A DNA stretch of 40,922 nucleotides from an uncultured Myxococcales bacterium (GTDB taxonomy: Bacteria; Myxococcota_A; UBA9042; CAIXZC01), in assembly GCA_964522395.1 (NCBI GenBank), contig CAZFVN010000033.1:1-40922 (forward strand), given 5' to 3'. A model generated the notes under the pieces. That model was given only the letters and a program-made list of their open reading frames with translations, ran no database searches and had not been told where the DNA came from. Shown piece by piece: positions 36,138-40,922 of the stretch (positions within the stretch are counted from its first letter, which is position 1; every line of letters starts with the position of its first letter). The position numbers were made by a program, and so were the translations under genes.

Positions 36138-36977
36138 CTACAACAGCGCCCCAAGATCATCATCGGTGAACTTGAAGTCCAACCCTCGCTTCACGAGGGT
36201 CTCACGATTGGCCAGGACCGGGTGCGACTTCTCATAGGGGATTCCTGGAACGCGATAGAAGATGCCCAACTTGATCTCGGGGTCAAGAGTCGCCCTGATG
36301 GCCGCTTCGCGATCCGTTTCGTCGTGGGTTTCAGGGAGCAAACTCGTATTGGCTCTATACCACTTGATGTTCCGCTCTCTGTTGAAACTCGGGCAGGTTT
36401 GGAGGATCTGGACCAACGACAGTCCGTCGTATTTCAACGCCTCAACCAATGTCTCCCGTAGATGCCCCATATCGGCCATGGTAGTGCGCGCCGCGAATTT
36501 GGCCCCCGCAGCCAATCCCAGGTGCATCGCGTCCAGCGGAGTTGCCGTAACTCCCTCGTAATTGATCTTCGTCGTCATCCCCTGCCAGGCCGTAGGACTG
36601 GCCTGCCCCTTCGTAAGACCATATACCTGATTGTCATGGAGGAAGACGTTGATTCCCACATTGCGTCGAATGGCGTGGACGAAATGGTTGCCTCCTTCGG
36701 CGAGTAGGTCGCCGTCTCCCGAAAAGAGCAGAACCTCCAATTCGTGGTTCGCCAGCTTGATGCCAGTGGCGTTGGGCAGGGCCCGGCCATGAAGTCCCGA
36801 AAAGCCGTTGCTGGCATCGATGTAGTGCGCCAACTTCGCAGCTTGCCCTATTCCCCCTACTACTACGTATTCACGGGGCGATAGGGAAAGGTCCTCGGCC
36901 AGCACCGTCTCTGCAGTCTTAATAATGGGGAAGTTCCCGCACCCAGGACACCAGGTGACATGCTTCATATCTCTCAT
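36138..36977 (-). CDS. 2-oxoacid:ferredoxin oxidoreductase beta subunit (TPP-binding)
   Basis: MRDMKHVTWCPGCGNF (Cys cluster and TPP region), GDGD TPP-binding motif (LLFSGDGDLLAEGGNHF). The ATG overlaps the alpha-subunit stop by 4 nt (ATGA). Confidence 0.85.
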   Translation of the reverse strand: MRDMKHVTWCPGCGNFPIIKTAETVLAEDLSLSPREYVVVGGIGQAAKLAHYIDASNGFSGLHGRALPNATGIKLANHELEVLLFSGDGDLLAEGGNHFVHAIRRNVGINVFLHDNQVYGLTKGQASPTAWQGMTTKINYEGVTATPLDAMHLGLAAGAKFAARTTMADMGHLRETLVEALKYDGLSLVQILQTCPSFNRERNIKWYRANTSLLPETHDETDREAAIRATLDPEIKLGIFYRVPGIPYEKSHPVLANRETLVKRGLDFKFTDDDLGALL

Positions 36978-38683
36978 GGGGTCAACCTCCCCCGCAACTC
37001 GGCGATCAATTCGTCGACGTAGAACGGTCGACCATTGTACTTCAACACTTGCTCATTCACATTTGCCCCATACTCTCCGCGCAAAAGCCTGGCGAATTGG
37101 CCGGTAGCATTAGTCTCGATGGTGATCAGGCGAGCCTTCCCCAGCGCTTTCAATACGCCCACGCGAGGCAGCGGGTAGACCTCGCTGAAATGCACATGCC
37201 CCACGGCCAGACCCTTGGCACGAAGCGCCTCGCAGGCATCTCTGACGACTCCCCGGCAAGAGCCGAAACTTACCAGGTTGGTCGAGGAATCATCGGTCGC
37301 GAAGCGCTCCGGCAGGGTCATGTCTGCCGCCACCAGGCCCCTCTTCTCAACCAGCTTGCGAACCATCGAGGCGGCGATGTCCGGGGCCTCAGTGATATGA
37401 CCGCTCTCATCGTGGGTGTGCGAATCAGTCAGCACCAGATCGTTGCTGAGTCCTGGTATAGCCCGCGGTGATACACAACCATCGGCCAGGGAGTAGCGAG
37501 GGTACAAGGTCGGTTCTTCCATGGACGATTCCAACTTCAGGAAGCGCTCCTGGAATTCCGGCCGCACCTTCCACGGGGGGGAAGACCACAGCGAATCACC
37601 CAGATGTTGGTCTGACAGTATGAACACGGGGATCTGATACTTGTCAGCGAGGTAGAATGCTTTCTGTCCAGCGGCGAACGCTTCAGCCGCGTTGCCGGGA
37701 GCCAATATGGCCCGGGTGAACTCGCCATGGCCGATATACTGCACCATATGCAAGTCGCCCTGAGCAGTCTTCGTCGGCAAGCCCGTTGCTGGCCCCGGCC
37801 GCTGAACATTAACAATGACCAAGGGGTTCTCAGAGACTCCTGCCATGCTTACCGATTCGCCCATAAGCGCCAGACCACCACCACTGGTAGCGGTCATCGC
37901 CCTGGCACCAGCATAGCTAGCGCCAATCGCCTGATTTATGGCTGCGATTTCGTCCTCCGCCTGCTCCACGACGACCCCGCACTTCTTAGAAAGTGAGGCT
38001 AGAGTGTTCATCACTGCAGTGGAGGGCGCCATAGGGTAGCCCGAGTGAAAAGTGAGACCCGCGGCAATGGCCCCCAGCGCAATGGCCTGGCTGCCCGTCT
38101 TCACAACCGCTGGCGGTGGTCCGATTGGGGCCCCCAGTTGGTGATGGAAATCGTTTAGCGGTTGGGCGAACTCATATCCCTTGCCGGCATTGGCAACATT
38201 GGACGCCACGACCTCTTCACCCTGCTTGCCAAAGCGCTGCTCAAGCATTGTCGCCAATTCCGCCAGCGGCTGCCCCGTCATCGCCAACAACATCCCAACG
38301 AAAAACGTATTTGCGCCTCGTTTCTGACCCGCCTCCAGCAAGTCACTAAGTGGAACGTTCACCACCGAAGAGCGCAATCCCTCCTCGACCTTGGCGGCCT
38401 CGGCAAATAGCAGAGAACCCTCGGCCAGCGTGATCAGGTCATTACGCACCTGCCTGGCGGAGATGGCGAAGGTCAGGTCTGCTCCCAAAGGTACCGACCG
38501 GGCTGGCCCAGTTGAGATACGAATCTGAGTGTAGCTGTAACCGCCAGCTATCCTTGACGCGTAGTCGTTGACGGCCAGGACCCTGAAACCACGGGCCGCG
38601 AAGTAATTGGCAGTAATTGCAGCCACCGACTGCACGCCTTGTCCCTGCTCACCGCTAAATCGGATGGTCAGACTATCAACCAT
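36974..38683 (-). CDS. 2-oxoacid:ferredoxin oxidoreductase alpha subunit with a fused N-terminal gamma domain
   Basis: The ATG at 38683 (MVDSLTIRFSGEQGQGVQS) has strong GGAGGA SD 8 nt upstream; the track start is a GTG at 38713. The first 180 aa is the gamma (POR/KOR catalytic) domain. The remainder is the alpha domain: GYPMAPSTAV, a GDSLW motif region. No delta-ferredoxin subunit gene is adjacent. Confidence 0.85.
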   Translation of the reverse strand: MVDSLTIRFSGEQGQGVQSVAAITANYFAARGFRVLAVNDYASRIAGGYSYTQIRISTGPARSVPLGADLTFAISARQVRNDLITLAEGSLLFAEAAKVEEGLRSSVVNVPLSDLLEAGQKRGANTFFVGMLLAMTGQPLAELATMLEQRFGKQGEEVVASNVANAGKGYEFAQPLNDFHHQLGAPIGPPPAVVKTGSQAIALGAIAAGLTFHSGYPMAPSTAVMNTLASLSKKCGVVVEQAEDEIAAINQAIGASYAGARAMTATSGGGLALMGESVSMAGVSENPLVIVNVQRPGPATGLPTKTAQGDLHMVQYIGHGEFTRAILAPGNAAEAFAAGQKAFYLADKYQIPVFILSDQHLGDSLWSSPPWKVRPEFQERFLKLESSMEEPTLYPRYSLADGCVSPRAIPGLSNDLVLTDSHTHDESGHITEAPDIAASMVRKLVEKRGLVAADMTLPERFATDDSSTNLVSFGSCRGVVRDACEALRAKGLAVGHVHFSEVYPLPRVGVLKALGKARLITIETNATGQFARLLRGEYGANVNEQVLKYNGRPFYVDELIAELRGRLTP

Positions 38684-38748
38684 GCTTCTCTTCCTCCGTG
38701 CCGCTCTACTCACGGCCCGAAAACTTATGTCACCGGGATTGTATCCTG

Positions 38749-40653
38749 CTATCCATCTGAGAGTGTGGGCTCCGTTGGTGGCTCAATGGGGGCGATTGCC
38801 GGCTCTGGGGCACGCTTGCTTTGAGGACCGCCATTCCCCGTCTCTGGTACGACGCTGGTGGGCCTGCTGTCACGGACACCAAAGGTCAAATTACTTGCGC
38901 CCAGGATGGCCGCCGCGCCCTCAAAACCACCACCACTTCCGTTCACCAGGACACTTGGGACTTGCACGATGTTCGGATTCTTCACTGCCGACTCGAGGAT
39001 CATCTGCAAGCGCGCCAGTTCGTAGGTCTTCTCCTGACCCAGGACCTCCATCTGCGCTCGTTGACCTTCGGCGATGGCCTGCAGCTTCAGCTTCTCGCCT
39101 TCACCAAGCAAACGCTGCTCTTCTTTGATCTCCACTGCAGCCTTCTTGCGAATCTCGGCCTTCATCAACTCATCCTGCCGATTCGCCTCAGCCCGGGCCT
39201 TTTCAGTCTCGATACGCTTGAGTTGCGCTTCTTTCTCCCGCGTGAAGGTGTCCTCCATCTGCTCTGCAAGCTGCTTTCGTTTTCCAGGGATGAGGAGCTC
39301 GGGTGGAACAACTGGATCACCAAAGCGAATCTCCCGGATGATCACCCCTGCCTTCAGACCCTCCGGCATGATCGCTTCCTCCACTAGCTTCTCGAGCATT
39401 GCCCGCTGGTATAGGAGGTCGAGCACCTTGCGCTCCTTGTCACCCACAACATTGCGCAATACGGAGCGATAGGCTGGCGTGATAATCTTGTCTTCCACGT
39501 GCTTGATGCCTCCCACCGAGGCAATCACGTAAGGCGCGTTGTCAGGCGTAACCTGGATCAGAACTCGAGAATCGAGGAAAACGTCCCAGCCTTCAACTCG
39601 AAGCACCACTGCTCGGTCGGCCACTCGGTCGGGCACGGGCATTTCCTCTTCCCGCTGGCTCTGGACAACCGTTCCATCTTCGTTTAACTGAAGGTCTACC
39701 CATCGTCGCTTGAAGCCGCCAATGTAAGGCCAGGTCTGTATTCGAGTGTCAACCTTGGTTACTTGATACGCCTTCTCGTTGAAATAGTAACGACCCGGCG
39801 TAAGCACTTCGGTCCACACTCCCCTGTTGCCACGGGGAACGAGGGGAACAGAGAGCGCCTCAAGGGCCCGCGCACGCGCTTCCTCCCTGGTAATAACGGA
39901 CAATTCAATTCCATCGCGGGCCGCTTTCTTTGCTTCCAGCTTAGAGGCCCGTTCGAAGGACTGAATGATCGACTCTGGGGCAATGGACCCTTCGTAGACA
40001 TCCCCCACGTTGCTCTTGACGACGCCGACGAAGCCGGCCTCGATGTCGATCGCCTCGTGTTCGATATCAACATTGAACAGGTAGCTGTTTAATCGATAGT
40101 CACCAGGAGGTAATACCGTTAGCTGCGGTCCCTTCTGCCCACGAGGACCTTCCGCATCCTCTCCCATGAAATAGAGGGCATCGAGATAGCGCTCGAACTC
40201 CTCTTCGGGCCACGCGGTGGCTAGATACTGCCCGGAGCGCAACGGGCGCCCGTCCAGCGCCGTGATAATCGCATACTGTCCCTCGGGTACATGCACGATT
40301 GGCCGCTCTTCAAATTCGAAAAGGACTCGCACGAAAAGCCGAAAATGGAAGCCGGGCGCGAGAATCTCTGCCTGCGGCCCCTTCTGACCAGGGAGGGCCA
40401 CGATTCGGCCCGCCGGCATGGAGGACCCCATGTATATCCGCTTCAAGTGTCCGACCCGGTCGCCATCTACAATGACGAAACTGGTACTCAAGATCATGAA
40501 GAGAGAGAGCAGCGAACAAGCGATGCGCACCATCCACACAAGTCCCTTTCCATCTTTCTGTCCCATGGTGCGCTGCTTGACGATTCGCGCCAGGGAGCTG
40601 GGCAGGAATATCACCGCCAGCAAGAAGACAACTGCGAGTACTAGCTGTACCAT
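38749..40653 (-). CDS. SPFH (band-7)/flotillin-family membrane protein with a long coiled-coil and a Pro-rich C-terminal tail
   Basis: The ATG at 40653 has GGAGG + 5 nt; the track start is a TTG at 40665. N-terminal TM MVQLVLAVVFLLAVIFL. An SPFH-like beta/alpha region. An extended E/K/A/R/Q coiled coil (LKRIETEKARAEANRQDELMKAEIRKKAAVEIKEEQRL). It sits 65 nt upstream of korA on the same strand. Confidence 0.7.
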   Translation of the reverse strand: MVQLVLAVVFLLAVIFLPSSLARIVKQRTMGQKDGKGLVWMVRIACSLLSLFMILSTSFVIVDGDRVGHLKRIYMGSSMPAGRIVALPGQKGPQAEILAPGFHFRLFVRVLFEFEERPIVHVPEGQYAIITALDGRPLRSGQYLATAWPEEEFERYLDALYFMGEDAEGPRGQKGPQLTVLPPGDYRLNSYLFNVDIEHEAIDIEAGFVGVVKSNVGDVYEGSIAPESIIQSFERASKLEAKKAARDGIELSVITREEARARALEALSVPLVPRGNRGVWTEVLTPGRYYFNEKAYQVTKVDTRIQTWPYIGGFKRRWVDLQLNEDGTVVQSQREEEMPVPDRVADRAVVLRVEGWDVFLDSRVLIQVTPDNAPYVIASVGGIKHVEDKIITPAYRSVLRNVVGDKERKVLDLLYQRAMLEKLVEEAIMPEGLKAGVIIREIRFGDPVVPPELLIPGKRKQLAEQMEDTFTREKEAQLKRIETEKARAEANRQDELMKAEIRKKAAVEIKEEQRLLGEGEKLKLQAIAEGQRAQMEVLGQEKTYELARLQMILESAVKNPNIVQVPSVLVNGSGGGFEGAAAILGASNLTFGVRDSRPTSVVPETGNGGPQSKRAPEPAIAPIEPPTEPTLSDG

Positions 40654-40776
40654 CTCGACCTCCAACTATCTATGTGTGGGCGTCAGCTTTCACCGACTCC
40701 ACACTACTACAGCATTATGCCCTGTTTTGGAAGCGGCTTGGAGTTTGGGGAGGCTTTTGCGCAGTGCCGTATGAAT

Positions 40777-40808
40777 GTCATCCCGAACTAGACGGCGTCA
40801 TCCCGAAC
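40777..40808. repeat. Two 12-bp direct repeats GTCATCCCGAAC spaced 20 bp centre-to-centre, ~115-145 nt upstream of the SPFH gene start
   Basis: Exact copies at 40777-40788 and 40797-40808. Two helical turns apart, which fits a tandem transcription-factor binding site. Confidence 0.3.
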
Positions 40809-40922
40809 GTAGCGGGGAGAAACTGCTGGCGTCGCCAGCCTCGCGAGCAGGCGCAGTGATATTGGAACCAAATAAGGGGGGATGCTAGTTGGCGGGGGCC
40901 GTTGCCGGTGCTGCTTCCGCTG

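Noticed and set aside
40877-40922. A possible 5' end of another gene at the right edge (ATG preceded by AAGGGGGG, translating MLVGGGRCRCCFR...).
   Set aside because: Only 15 codons are visible and the composition is not informative. It cannot be supported without the adjacent sequence.

Overview
This is a GC-rich bacterial chromosomal segment, roughly 60% GC judged by eye rather than computed. I can support about 32 protein-coding genes and 2 tRNA genes. I saw no CRISPR array, IS element, integrase or rRNA.

Conserved housekeeping genes are interspersed with an accessory, secretion-rich complement typical of Myxococcota-like (delta-proteobacterial) genomes. The housekeeping set comprises the holB-ricT(PSP1)-tatD block, dnaJ, trmB, murB, an acyl-CoA ligase, tadA preceded by tRNA-Ser(GCU) and tRNA-Arg(ACG), a SMUG1-type uracil-DNA glycosylase, and a two-subunit 2-oxoacid:ferredoxin oxidoreductase. 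The accessory complement comprises a membrane Ser/Thr kinase with a zinc ribbon plus a TPR/PEGA protein, an atypical kinase-like protein, a beta-helix lipoprotein, and an SPFH/flotillin protein. It also contains a 9-kb cluster (24170-32312) of three giant cysteine-rich repeat secreted proteins. One of these carries more than 30 copies of a CxDGNxCTxDxC motif resembling the 'Myxococcus cysteine-rich repeat', followed by thrombospondin-type-3 Ca-binding repeats.

The most unusual items are:
- (a) At the left edge, a NuoF/HndC-like flavoprotein gene is followed by a 1114-aa fusion protein. The fusion runs 2Fe-2S ferredoxin, GltD-like NAD(P)H flavoprotein, NuoG-like 4Fe-4S clusters, then a truncated molybdopterin-oxidoreductase domain with no Cys/Sec ligand. 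This looks like a soluble Stn/Nfn/Sfr-type electron-transfer (possibly bifurcating) module.
- (b) A 391-aa RelA/SpoT-homologue-like protein has a degenerate HD motif and a diverged synthetase motif (FDRIRFRII ... TEFQLFD ... AAHELYK). It lies tail-to-tail with an atypical kinase.
- (c) tadA lies immediately downstream of its substrate tRNA-Arg(ACG), behind a near-consensus sigma70-like promoter.

Coordinates taken from the ORF track are exact. Coordinates I placed by eye (tRNAs, promoters, repeats) may be off by 1-2 nt.
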